64,000 bases of DNA, taken from Eledone cirrhosa. Taxonomy: Eukaryota. This document shows positions 1-12,000 of the stretch, piece by piece; within the stretch, counting starts at the first letter, position 1; each line of letters starts with the position of its first letter. The position numbers and the translations under genes are program-made. The notes under the pieces were generated by a model. It worked only from the letters and a program-made list of their open reading frames with translations, did no database searches and had not been told where the DNA came from. The stretch is from contig OZ024759.1 of NCBI GenBank assembly GCA_964016885.1, positions 6,262,001 through 6,326,000 on the forward strand, in the 5' to 3' direction.

Positions 1-3000
1 GTGTGGCTGTGTGTCTGTGTGTGGCTGTGTGTGGCTGTGTGGCTGTGTGTGGCTGTGTGTGGCTGTGTTGCTGTGAGTGGCTGTGTGTGGCTGTGTGTGG
101 CTGTGTGGCTGTGTGTGGCTGTGTGTGGCTGTGTGGCTGTGTGTGGCTGTGTGTGGCTGCGTGTGGCTGTGTGTGGCTGTGTGTGGATGTGTGTGGATGT
201 ATGTAGCTGTGTGGCTGTGTGTGGCTGTGTGTGGCTGTGTGGCTGTGTGTGGATGTGTGTGGATGTGTGTGGCTGTGTGGCTGTGTGTGGCTGTGTGTGG
301 CTGTGTGTGGCTCTGTGGCTGTGTGGCTGTGTGGCTGTGTGTGGCTGTGTGGCTGTGTGTGGCTGTGTGTGGCTGCGTGTGGCTGTGTGGCTGTGTGTTG
401 CTGTGTGTGGCTGTGTGGCTGTGTGGCTGTGTGTGGCTGTGTGTGGCTGTGTGTGGCTGTGTGTGGCTGTGTGGCTGTGTGGCTGTGTGGCTGTGTGTGG
501 CTGTGTGGCTGTGTGGCTGTGTGGCTGTGTGTGGCTGTGTGTGGCTGTGTGTGGCTGTGTGTGGCTGTGTGGCTGTGTGTGGCTGTGTGTGGCTGTGTGT
601 GGCTGTGTGGCTGTGTGTGGCTGTGTGTGGCTGTGTGTTGCTGTGTGGCTGTGTGTGGCTGTGTGTGGCTGTGTGTGGCTGTGTGGCTGTGTGTGGCTGT
701 GTGTGGCTGTGTGTGGCTGTGTGTGGCTGTGTGGCTGTGTGGCTGTGTGTGGCTGTGTGTGGCTGTGTGTGGCTGTGTGTGGCTATGTGTGGCTGTGTGT
801 GGCTGTGTGTGGCTGTGTGTGGCTGTGTGGCTGTGTGTGGCTGTGTGTGGCTGTGTGGCTGTGTGTGGCTCTGTGGCTGTGTGTGGCTGTGTGGCTGTGT
901 GGCTGTGTGTGGCTGTGTGTGGCTCTGTGGCCGTGTGTGGCTGTGTGACTGTGTGTGGCTGTGTGGCTGTGTGTGGCTGTGTGTGGCTATGTGGCTGTGT
1001 GTGGCTGTGTGTGGCTGTGTGTGGCTGTGTGTGGCTGTGTGGCTGTGTGGCTGTGTGTGGCTGTGTGTGGCTGTGTGTGGCTGTGTGTGGCTATGTGTGG
1101 CTGTGTGTGGCTGTGTGTGGCTGTGTGTGGCTGTGTGGCTGTGTGTGGCTGTGTGTGGCTGTGTGGCTGTGTGTGGCTATGTGTGGCTGTGTGTGGCTGT
1201 GTGTGGCTGTGTGGCTGTGTGGCTGTGTGTGGCTGTGAGTGGCTGTGTGGCTGTGTGACTGTATGGCTGTGTGGCTGTGTGTGGCTGTGTGTGGCTGTGT
1301 GGCTGTGTGTGGCTGTGTGTGGCTATGTGGCTGTGTGTGGCTGTGTGTGGCTGTGTGTGGCTGTGTGTGGCTGTGTGGCTGTGTGTGGCTGTGTGTGGCT
1401 GTGTGTGGCTGTGTGTGGCTATGTGGCTGTGTGTGGCTGTGTGTGGCTGTGTGTGGCTGTGTGTGGCTGTGTGGCTGTGTGGCTGTGTGTGGCTGTGTGT
1501 GGCTGTGTGGCTGTGTGGCTGTGTGTGGCTGTGTGTGGCTATGTGTGGCTGTGTGTGGCTGTGTGTGGCTGTGTGTGGCTGTGTGGCTGTGTGTGGCTGT
1601 GTGTGGCTATGTGGCTGTGTGTGGCTATGTGTGGCTGTGTGTGGCTGTGTGTGGCTGTGTGGCTGTGTGGCTGTGTGTGGCTGTGTGTGGCTGTGTGTGG
1701 CTATGTGTGGCTGTGTGTGGCTGTGTGTGGCTGTGTGTGGCTGTGTGTGGCTGTGTGTGGCTGTGTGGCTGTGTGTGGCTGTGTGTGGCTATGTGGCTGT
1801 GTGTGGCTATGTGTGGCTGTGTGTGGCTGTGTGTGGCTGTGTGGCTGTGTGGCTGTGTGTGGCTGTGTGTGGCTGTGTGTGGCTGTGTGTGGCTGTGTGT
1901 GGCTGTGTGTGGCTATGTGTGGCTGTGCGTGGCTGTGTGTGGCTGTGTGTGGCTGTGTGGCTGTGTGTGGCTGTGTGTGGCTGTGTGGCTGTGTGTGGCT
2001 ATGTGTGGCTGTGTGTGGCTGTGTGTGGCTGTGTGGCTGTGTGGCTGTGTGTGGCTGTGAGTGGCTGTGTGGCTGTGTGACTGTGTGGCTGTGTGGCTGT
2101 GTGTGGCTGTGTGTGGCTGTGTGGCTGTGTGTGGCTGTGTGTGGCTATGTGGCTGTGTGTGGCTGTGTGTGGCTGTGTGTGGCTGTGTGTGGCTGTGTGG
2201 CTGTGTGTGGCTGTGTGTGGCTGTGTGTGGCTGTGTGTGGCTATGTGGCTGTGTGTGGCTGTGTGTGGCTGTGTGTGGCTGTGTGTGGCTGTGTGGCTGT
2301 GTGGCTGTGTGTGGCTGTGTGTGGCTGTGTGGCTGTGTGGCTGTGTGTGGCTGTGTGTGGCTATGTGTGGCTGTGTGTGGCTGTGTGTGGCTGTGTGTGG
2401 CTGTGTGGCTGTGTGTGGCTGTGTGTGGCTATGTGGCTGTGTGTGGCTATGTGTGGCTGTGTGTGGCTGTGTGTGGCTGTGTGGCTGTGTGGCTGTGTGT
2501 GGCTGTGTGTGGCTGTGTGTGGCTGTGTGTGGCTATGTGTGGCTGTGTGTGGCTGTGTGTGGCTGTGTGTGGCTGTGTGTGGCTGTGTGTGGCTGTGTGG
2601 CTGTGTGTGGCTGTGTGTGGCTATGTGGCTGTGTGTGGCTATGTGTGGCTGTGTGTGGCTGTGTGTGGCTGTGTGGCTGTGTGGCTGTGTGTGGCTGTGT
2701 GTGGCTGTGTGTGGCTGTGTGTGGCTGTGTGTGGCTGTGTGTGGCTATGTGTGGCTGTGTGTGGCTGTGTGTGGCTGTGTGTGGCTGTGTGGCTGTGTGT
2801 GGCTGTGTGTGGCTGTGTGGCTGTGTGTGGCTATGTGTGGCTGTGTGTGGCTGTGTGTGGCTGTGTGGCTGTGTGGCTGTGTGTGGCTGTGAGTGGCTGT
2901 GTGGCTGTGTGACTGTGTGGCTGTGTGGCTGTGTGTGGCTGTGTGTGGCTGTGTGTGGCTGTGTGTGGCTATGTGTGGCTGTGTGTGGCTGTGTGTGGCT

Positions 3001-6000
3001 GTGTGTGGCTGTGTGTGGCTGTGTGTGGCTATGTGTGGCTGTGTGTGGCTGTGTGTGGCTGTGTGTGGCTATGTGGCTGTGTGTGGCTGTGTGTGGCTGT
3101 GTGTGGCTGTGTGTGGCTGTGTGGCTGTGTGGCTGTGTGTGGCTGTGTGTGGCTGTGTGTGGCTGTGTGTGGCTGTGTGTGGCTGTGTGTGGCTGTGTGG
3201 CTGTGTGTGGCTGTGTGGCTGTGTGTGGCTGTGTGTGGCTGTGTGTGGCTGTGTGTGGCTGTGTGGCTGTGTGTGGCTGTGTGTGCCTGTGTGGCTGTGT
3301 GTGGCTGTGTGGCTGTGTGGCTGTGTGTGGCTGTGTGTGGCTGTGTGGCTGTGTGTGGCTGTGTGGCTGTGTGTGGCTGTGTGTGGCTGTGTGTGGCTGT
3401 GTGTGGCTGTGTGTGGCTGTGTGTGGCTGTGTGGCTGTGTGTGGCTGTGTGGCTGTGTGGCTGTGTGTGGCTGTGTGTGGCTGTGTGGCTGTGTGTGGCT
3501 GCGTGTGGCTGTGTGTGGCTGTGTGTGGCTGTGTGGCTGTGTGTGGCTGTGTGTGGCTGTGTGTGGCTGTGTGTGGCTGTGTGTGGCTGTGAGTGGCTGT
3601 GTGTGGCTGCGTGTGGCTGTGTGTGGCTGTGTGTGGCTGTGTGGCTGTGTGTGGCTGTGTGTGGCTGTGTGTGGCTGTGTGGCTGTGTGTGGCTGTGTGG
3701 CTGTGTGGCTGTGTGTGGCTGTGTGTGGCTGTGTGGCTGTGTGTGGCTGTGTGGCTGTGTGTGGCTGTGTGTGGCTGTGTGGCTGTGTGTGGCTGCGTGT
3801 GGCTGTGTGTGGCTGTGTGTGGCTGTGTGTGGCTGTGAGTGGCTGTGTGTGGCTGCGTGTGGCTGTGTGTGGCTGTGTGTGGCTGTGTGGCTGTGTGTGG
3901 CTGTGTGTGGCTGTGTGTGGCTGTGTGGCTGTGTGTGGCTGCGTGTGGCTGTGTGTGGCTGTGTGTGGCTGTGTGGCTGTGTGTAGCTGTGTGTGGCTGT
4001 GTGTGGCTGTGTGTGGCTGCGTGTGGCTGTGTGTGGCTGTGTGTGGCTGTGTGGCTGTGTGTGGCTGTGTGGCTGTGTGGCTGTGTGGCTGTGTGTGGCT
4101 GTGTGGCTGTGTGTGTCTGTGTGTGGCTGTGTGGCTGTGTGTGGCTGTGTGGCTGTGTGTGTCTGTGTGTGGCTGTGTGGCTGTGTGTGGCTGTGTGTGG
4201 CTGTGTGTGGCTGTGTGTGGCTGTGTGGCTGTGTGTGGCTGTGTGTGGCTGTGTGTGGCTGTGTGTGGCTGTGTGGCTGTGTGTGTCTGTGTGTGGCTGT
4301 GTGGCTGTGTGTGGCTGTGTGACTGCGTGGCTGTGTGTGGCTGTGTGGTTGTGTGTGGCTGTGTGTGGCTGTGTGTGGCTGTGTGTGGCTGTGTGGCTGT
4401 GTGGCTGTGTGTGGCTGTGTGTGGCTGTGTGTGGCTGTGTGGCTGTGTGTGGCTGTGTGTGGCTGTGTGTGGCTGTGTGTGGCTGTGTGTGGCTATGTGT
4501 GGCTGTGTGTGGCTGTGTGGCTGTGTGTGGCTGTGTGGCTGTGTGTGGCTATGTATGGCTGTGTGTGGCTGTGTGTGGCTGTGTGGCTGTGTGGCTGTGT
4601 GTGGCTGTGTGTGGCTGTGTGTGGCTATGTGGCTGTGTGTGGCTGTGTGGCTGTGTGTGGCTGTGTGTGGCTGTGTGGCTGTGTGTGGCTGTGTGTGGCT
4701 GTGTGGCTGTGTGTGGCTGTGTGGCTGTGTGTGGCTGTGTGTGGCTGTGTGTGGCTGTGTGGCTGTGTGTGGCTGTGTGGCTGTGTGGCTGTGTGTGGCT
4801 GTGTGTGGCTGTGTGGCTGTGTGTGGCTGTGTGTGGCTGTGTGTGGCTATGTGGCTGTGTGTGGCTGTGTGGCTGTGTGTGGCTGTGTGTGGCTGTGTGT
4901 GGCTGTGTGGCTGTGTGTGGCTGTGTGGCTGTGTGGCTGTGTGTGGCTGTGTGTGGCTGTGTGGCTGTGTGTGGCTGTGTGTGGCTGTGTGTGGCTGTGT
5001 GGCTGTGAGTTGCTGTGTGTGGCTGTGTGGCTGTGAGTGGCTGTGTGTGGCTGTGTGGCTGTGTGTGGCTATGAGTGGCTGTGTGTGGCTGTGTGTGGCT
5101 GTGTGTGGCTGGGTGGCTGTGTGTGGCTATGTGGCTGTGTGTGGCTGTGTGGCTGTGTGTGGCTGTGTGTGGCTGTGTGGCTGTGTGTGGCTGTGTGTGG
5201 CTATGTGGCTGTGTGTGGCTGTGTGGCTGTGTGTGGCTGTGTGTGGCTGTGTGGCTGTGTGTGGCTGTGTGTGGCTGTGTGGCTGTGTGTGGCTGTGTGT
5301 GGCTGTGTGGCTGTGTGTGGCTGTGTGTGGCTGTGTGTGGCTGTGTGGCTGTGAGTGGCTGTGTGTGGCTGTGTGGCTGTGTGTGGCTATGAGTGGCTGT
5401 GTGTGGCTGTGTGTGGCTGTGTGTGGCTGGGTGGCTGTGTGTGGCTGTGTGGCTGTGTGTGGCTGTGTGGCTGTGTGGCTGTGTGTGGCTATGAGTGGCT
5501 GTGTGTGGCTGTGTGTGGCTGTGTGGCTGTGTGTGTGGCTGTGTGTGGCTGTGTGTGGCTGCGTGTGGCTGTGTGTGGCTGTGTGTGGCTGTGTGGCTGT
5601 GTGTGGCTGTGTGTGGCTGTGTGGCTGTGTGTGGCTGTGTGGCTGTGTGTGGCTGTGTGTGGCTGTGTGTGGCTGTGTGGCTGTGTGGCTGTGTGTGGCT
5701 ATGAGTGGCTGTGTGTGGCTGTGTGTGGCTGTGTGGCTGTGTGTGGCTGTGTGTGGCTTTGTGTGGCTGTGTGTGGCTGTGTGTGGCTGTGTGGCTGTGT
5801 GTGGCTGTGTGTGGCTGTGTGGCTGTGTGTGGCTGTGTGTGGCTGTGTGGCTGTGTGTGGCTGTGTGTGGCTGTGTGTGGCTGTGTGGCTGTGAGTGGCT
5901 GTGTGTGGCTGTGTGTGGCTATGAGTGGCTGTGTGTGGCTGTGTGTGGCTGTGTGTGGCTGGGTGGCTGTGTGTGGCTGTGTGGCTGTGTGTGGCTGTGT

Positions 6001-9000
6001 GTGGCTGTGTGGCTGTGTGTGGCTGTGTGTGGCTGTGTGTGGCTGTGTGGCTGTGAGTGGCTGTGTGTGGCTGTGTGGCTGTGTGTGGCTGTGTGGCTGT
6101 GTGTGGCTGTGTGTGGCTGTGTGGTTGTGTGTGGCTGTGTGTGGCTGTGTGTGGCTGTGTGGCTGTGTGTGGCTGTGTGTGGCTGTGTGGCTGTGTGTGG
6201 CTGTGTGTGGCTGTGTGGCTGTGTGTGGCTGTGTGTGGCTGTGTGGCTGTGTGTGGCTGTGTGTGGCTGAGTGGCTGTGTGTGGCTGTGTGGCTGTGTGT
6301 GGCTGTGTGGCTGTGTGGCTGTGTGTGGCTGTGTGGCTGTGTGGCTGTGTGTGGCTGTGTGTGGCTGTGTGGCTGTGTGTGGCTGCGTGTGTGTGTGGCT
6401 GTGTGGCCGTGTGTGGCTGTGTGACTGTGTGGCTGTGTGTGGCTGTGTGGCTGTGTGGCTGTGTGGCTGTATGTGGCTGTGTGTGGCTGTGTGCGGCTGT
6501 GTGGCTGTGTGGCTGTGTGGCTGTGTGTGGCTGTGTGTGGCTGTGTGTGGCTATGTGTGGCTGTGTTGCTGTGTGGCTGTGTGTGGCTGTGTGTGGCTGT
6601 GTGTGGCTGTGTGTGGCTGTGTGGCTGTGTGTGGCTGTGTGTGGCTGTGTGTGGCTGTGTGGCTGTGTGGCTGTGTGTGGCTGTGTGTGGCTGTGTGGCT
6701 GTGTGGCTGTGTGTGGCTGTGTGTGGCTGTGTGTGGCTATGTGTGGCTGTGTGTGGCTGTGTGGCTGTGTGTGGCTGTGTGGCTGTGTGTGGCTGTGTGG
6801 CTGTGAGTGGCTGTGTGTGGCTGTGTGGCTGTGTGTGGCTGTGTGTGGCTGTGTGTGGCTGTGTGTGGCTGTGTGGCTGTGTGTGGCTGTGTGTGGCTGT
6901 GTGTGGCTGTGTGGCTGTGTGACTGTGTGGCTGTATGTGGCTGTGTGTGGCTGTGTGCGGCTGTGTGTGGCTGTGTGGCTGTGTGTGGCTGTGTGGCTGT
7001 GTGTGGCTGTGTGGCTGTGTGTGGCTGTGTGTGGCTGTGTGTGGCTGTGTGGCTGTGTGGCTGTGTGTGGCTGTGTGTGGCTGTGTGGCTGTGTGGCTGT
7101 GTGGCTGTGTGTGGCTGTGTGTGGCTGTGTGTGGCTGTGTGGCTGTGTGTGGCTGTGTGTGGCTGTGTGGCTGTGTGTGGCTGTGTGTGGCTGTGTGGCT
7201 GTGAGTGGCTGTGTGTGGCTGTGTGGCTGTGTGTGGCTGTGTGTGGCTGTGTGGCTGTGTGTGGCTGTGTGTGGCTGTGTGTGGCTGTGTGGCTGTGAGT
7301 GGCTGTGTGTGGCTGTGTGGCTGTGTGTGGCTGTGTGTGGCTGTGTGGCTGTGTGGCTGTGTGGCTGTGTGGCTGTGTGTGGCTGTGTGTGGCTGTGTGT
7401 GGCTGTGTGGCTGTGTGTGGCTGTGTGTGGCTGTGTGGCTGTGTGTGGCTGTGTGTGGCTGTGTGGCTGTGTGTGGCTGTGTGGCTGTGTGTGGCTGTGT
7501 GGCTGTGTGTGGCTGTGTGGCTGTGTGTGGCTGTGTGTGGTTGTGTGGCTGTGTGTGGCTGTGTGTGGCTGTGTGTGGCTGTGTGTGGCTGTGTGGCTGT
7601 GAGTGGCTGTGTGTGGCTGTGTGGCTGTGTGTGCCTGTGTGGCTGTGTGGCTGTGTGTGGCTGTGTGTGGCTGTGTGTGGCTGTGTGTGGCTGTGTGGCT
7701 GTGTGGCTGTGTGTGGCTGTGTGGCTGTGTGTGGCTGTGTGTGGCTGTGTGGCTGTGTGTGGCTGTGTGTGGCTGTGTGTGGCTGTGTGGCTGTGTGGCT
7801 GTGTGTGGCTGTGTGTGGCTGTGTGTGGCTGTGTGGCTGTGTGTGGCTGTGTGTGGCTGTGTGTGGCTGTGTGACTGCGTGGCTGTGTGTGGCTGTGTGT
7901 GGCTGTGTGTGGCTGTGTGTGGCTGTGTGTGGCTGTGTGGCTGTGTGGCTGTGTGTGGCTGTGTGTGGCTGTGTGTGGCTATGTGTGGCTGTGTGTGGCT
8001 GTGTGGCTGTGTGTGGCTGTGTGGCTGTGTGTGGCTGTGTGGCTGTGAGTGGCTGTGTGTGGCTGTGTGGCTGTGTGTGGCTGTGTGTGGCTGTGTGTGG
8101 CTGTGTGTGGCTGTGTGTGGCTGTGTGTGGCTGTGTGTGGCTGTGTGTGGCTGTGTGGCTGTGTGACTGTGTGGCTGTATGTGGCTGTGTGTGGCTGTGT
8201 GCGGCTGTGTGTGGCTGTGTGGCTGTGTGTGGCTGTGTGGCTGTGTGTGGCTGTGTGGCTGTGTGTGGCTGTGTGTGGCTGTGTGTGGCTGTGTGGCTGT
8301 GTGGCTGTGTGTGGCTGTGTGTGGCTGTGTGGCTGTGTGGCTGTGTGGCTGTGTGTGGCTGTGTGTGGCTGTGTGTGGCTGTGTGGCTGTGTGTGGCTGT
8401 GTGTGGCTGTGTGGCTGTGTGTGGCTGTGTGTGGCTGTGTGGCTGTGAGTGGCTGTGTGTGGCTGTGTGGCTGTGTGTGGCTGTGTGTGGCTGTGTGGCT
8501 GTGTGTGGCTGTGTGTGGCTGTGTGTGGCTGTGTGGCTGTGAGTGGCTGTGTGTGGCTGTGTGGCTGTGTGTGGCTGTGTGTGGCTGTGTGGCTGTGTGG
8601 CTGTGTGGCTGTGTGGCTGTGTGTGGCTGTGTGTGGCTGTGTGTGGCTGTGTGGCTGTGTGTGGCTGTGTGTGGCTGTGTGGCTGTGTGTGGCTGTGTGT
8701 GGCTGTGTGGCTGTGTGTGGCTGTGTGGCTGTGTGTGGCTGTGTGGCTGTGTGTGGCTGTGTGGCTGTGTGTGGCTGTGTGTGGTTGTGTGGCTGTGTGT
8801 GGCTGTGTGTGGCTGTGTGTGGCTGTGTGTGGCTGTGTGGCTGTGAGTGGCTGTGTGTGGCTGTGTGGCTGTGTGTGCCTGTGTGGCTGTGTGGCTGTGT
8901 GTGGCTGTGTGTGGCTGTGTGTGGCTGTGTGTGGCTGTGTGGCTGTGTGGCTGTGTGTGGCTGTGTGGCTGTGTGTGGCTGTGTGTGGCTGTGTGGCTGT

Positions 9001-12000
9001 GTGTGGCTGTGTGTGGCTGTGTGTGGCTGTGTGGCTGTGTGTGGCTGTGTGTGGCTGTGTGTGGCTGTGTGGCTGTGTGTGGCTGTGTGTGGCTGTGTGT
9101 GGCTGTGTGACTGCGTGGCTGTGTGTGGCTGTGTGTGGCTGTGTGTGGCTGTGTGTGGCTGTGTGTGGCTGTGTGGCTGTGTGTGGCTGTGTGGCTGTAT
9201 GTGGCTGTGTGTGGCTGTGTGTGGCTGTGTGTGGCTGTGTGGCTGTGTGTGGCTGTGTGTGGCTGTGTGGCTGTGTGGCTGTGTGGCTGTGTGTGGCTGT
9301 GTGTGGCTGTGTGGCTGTGTGTGGCTGTGTGGCTGTGTGTGGCTGTGTGTGGCTGTGTGTGGCTGTGTGTGGCTGTGTGGCTGTGAGTGGCTGTGTGTGG
9401 CTGTGAGTGGCTGTGTGTGGCTGTGAGTGGCTGTGTGTGGCTGTGTGTGGCTGTGTGGCTGTGTGTGGCTTTGTGTGGCTGTGTGGCTGTGTGTGGCTGT
9501 GTGGCTGTGTGTGGCTGTGTGTGGCTGTGTGTGGCTGTGTGTGGCTGTGAGTGGCTGTGTGTGGCTGTGTGGCTGTGAGTGTCTGTGTGTGGCTGTGTGT
9601 GGCTGTGTGTGGCTGTGAGTGGCTGTGTGTGGCTGTGTGGCTGTGTGTGGCTGTGTGTGGCTGTGTGGCTGTGTTTGCCTGTGTGTGGCTGTGTGGCTGT
9701 GTGTGGCTGTGTGTGGCTGTGTGTGGCTGTGAGTGGCTGTGTGTGGCTGTGTGGCTGTGTGTGGCTGTGTGTGGCTGTGTGTGGCTGTGTGGCTGTGTGT
9801 GGCTGTGTGGCTGTGTGGCTGTGTGTGGCTGTGTGGCTGTGTGTGGCTTTGTGTGGCTGTGTGGCTGTGTGTGGCTGTGTGGCTGTGTGTGGCTGTGTGT
9901 GGCTGTGTGGCTGTGTGTGGCTTTGTGTGGCTGTGTGGCTGTGTGTGGCTGTGTGGCTGTGTGTGGCTTTGTGTGGCTGTGTGGCTGTGTGTGGCTGTGT
10001 GGCTGTGTGTGGCTGTGTGTGGCTGTGTGTGGCTGTGTGTGGCTGTGTGTGGCTGTGTGGCTGTGTGTGGCTGTGTGTGGCTGTGTGGCTGTGTGGCTGT
10101 GTGGCTGTGTGTGGCTGTGTGTGGCTGTGTGGCTGTGTGGCTGTGTGTGGCTGTGTGGCTGTGTGTGGCTGTGTGTGGCTGTGTGTGGCTGTGTGGCTGT
10201 GAGTGGCTGCGTGTTGCTGTGAGTGGCTGTGTGTGGCTGTGTGGCTGTGTGTGGCTTTGTGTGGCTGTGTGGCTGTGTGTGGCTGTGTGGCTGTGTGTGG
10301 CTTTGTGTGGCTGTGTGGCTGTGTGTGGCTGTGTGGCTGTGTGTGGCTGTGTGTGGCTGTGTGTGGCTGTGTGTGGCTGTGTGTGGCTGTGTGGCTGTGT
10401 GTGGCTGTGTGTGGCTGTGTGGCTGTGTTTGCCTGTGTGTGGCTGTGTGGCTGTGTGTGGCTGTGTGTGGCTGTGTGTGGCTGTGAGTGGCTGTGTGTGG
10501 CTGTGTGGCTGTGTGTGGCTGTGTGGCTGTGTGTGGCTGTGTGTGGCTGTGTGTGGCTGTGTGGCTGTGTGTTTCTGTGTGGCTGTGTGGCTGTGTGGCT
10601 GTGTGTGGCTGTGTGGCTGTGTGTGGCTGTGTGGCTGTGTGTGGCTGTGTGGCTGTGTGGCTGTGTGTGGCTGTGTGGCTGTGTGTGGCTGTGTGGCTGT
10701 GTGTGGCTGTGTGTGGCTGTGAGTGGCTGTGTGTGGCTGTGTGGCTGTGTGTGGCTGTGTGGCTGTGTGTGGCTGTGTGGCTGTGTGTGGCTGTGTGTGG
10801 CTGTGTGGCTGTGTGTGGCTGTGTGGCTGTGTGTGGCTGTGTGGCTGTGTGTGGCTGTGTGGCTGTGTGGCTGTGTGGCTGTGTGTGGCTGTGTGGCTGT
10901 GTGGCTGTGTGTGGCTGTGTGGCTGTGTGTGGCTGTGTGGCTGTGTGTGGCTGTGTGTGGCTGTGAGTGGCTGTGTGTGGCTGTGTGGCTGTGTGTGGCT
11001 GTGTGGCTGTGTGTGGCTGTGTGGCTGTGTGGCTGTGTGTGGCTGTGTGTGGCTGTGTGGCTGTGTGTGGCTGTGTGGCTGTGTGTGGCTGTGTGGCTGT
11101 GTGTGGCTGTGTGGCTGTGTGTGGCTGTGTGGCTGTGTGTGGCTGTGTGGCTGTGTGTGGCTGTGTGTGGCTGTGTGTGGCTGTGTGTGGCTGTGTGGCT
11201 GTGAGTGGCTGCGTGTGGCTGTGAGTGGCTGTGTGTGGCTCTGTGTGACTGTGTGGCTGTGAGTGGCTGCGTGTGGCTGTGAGTGGCTGTGTGTGGCTGT
11301 GTGTGGCTGTGTGGCTGTGTGTGGCTGTGTGTGGCTGTGTGTGGCTTTGTGTGGCTGTGTGGCTGTGTGTGGCTGTGTGGCTGTGTGTGGCTGTGTGGCT
11401 GTGTGTGGCTGTGTGTGGCTGTGTGGCTGTGTGTGGCTGTGTGTGGCTGTGTGTGGCTGTGTGTGGCTGTGTGGCTGTGTGGCTGTGTGTGGCTGTGTGT
11501 GGCTGTGTGGCTGTGTGTGGCTGTGTGGCTGTGTGTGGCTGTGTGTGTGTGTGTGGCTGTGTGGCTGTGTGTGGCTGTGTGGCTGTGTGTGGCTGTGTGT
11601 GGCTGTGTGGCTGTGTGGCTGTGTGGCTGTGTGTGGCTGTGTGTGACTGTGTGTGGCTGTGTGTGGCTGTGTGTGGCTATGTGTGGCTGTGTGTGGCTGT
11701 GTGTGGCTGTGTGCGGCTGTGTGTGGCTGTGTGTGGCTGTGTGGCTGTGTGTGGCTGTGTGTGGCTGTGTGTGGCTGTGTGTGGCTGTGTGTGGCTGTGT
11801 GTGGCTGTGTGTGGCTATGTGTGGCTGTGTGTGGCTGTGTGTGGCTGTGTGTGGCTGTGTGTGGCTGTGTGGCTGTGTGGCTGTGTGGCTGTGTGTGGCT
11901 GTGTGTGGCTGTGTGTGGCTGTGTGTGGCTATGTGTGGCTGTGTGTGGCTGTGTGTGGCTGTGTGTGGCTGTGTGTGGCTGTGTGTGGCTGTGTGTGGCT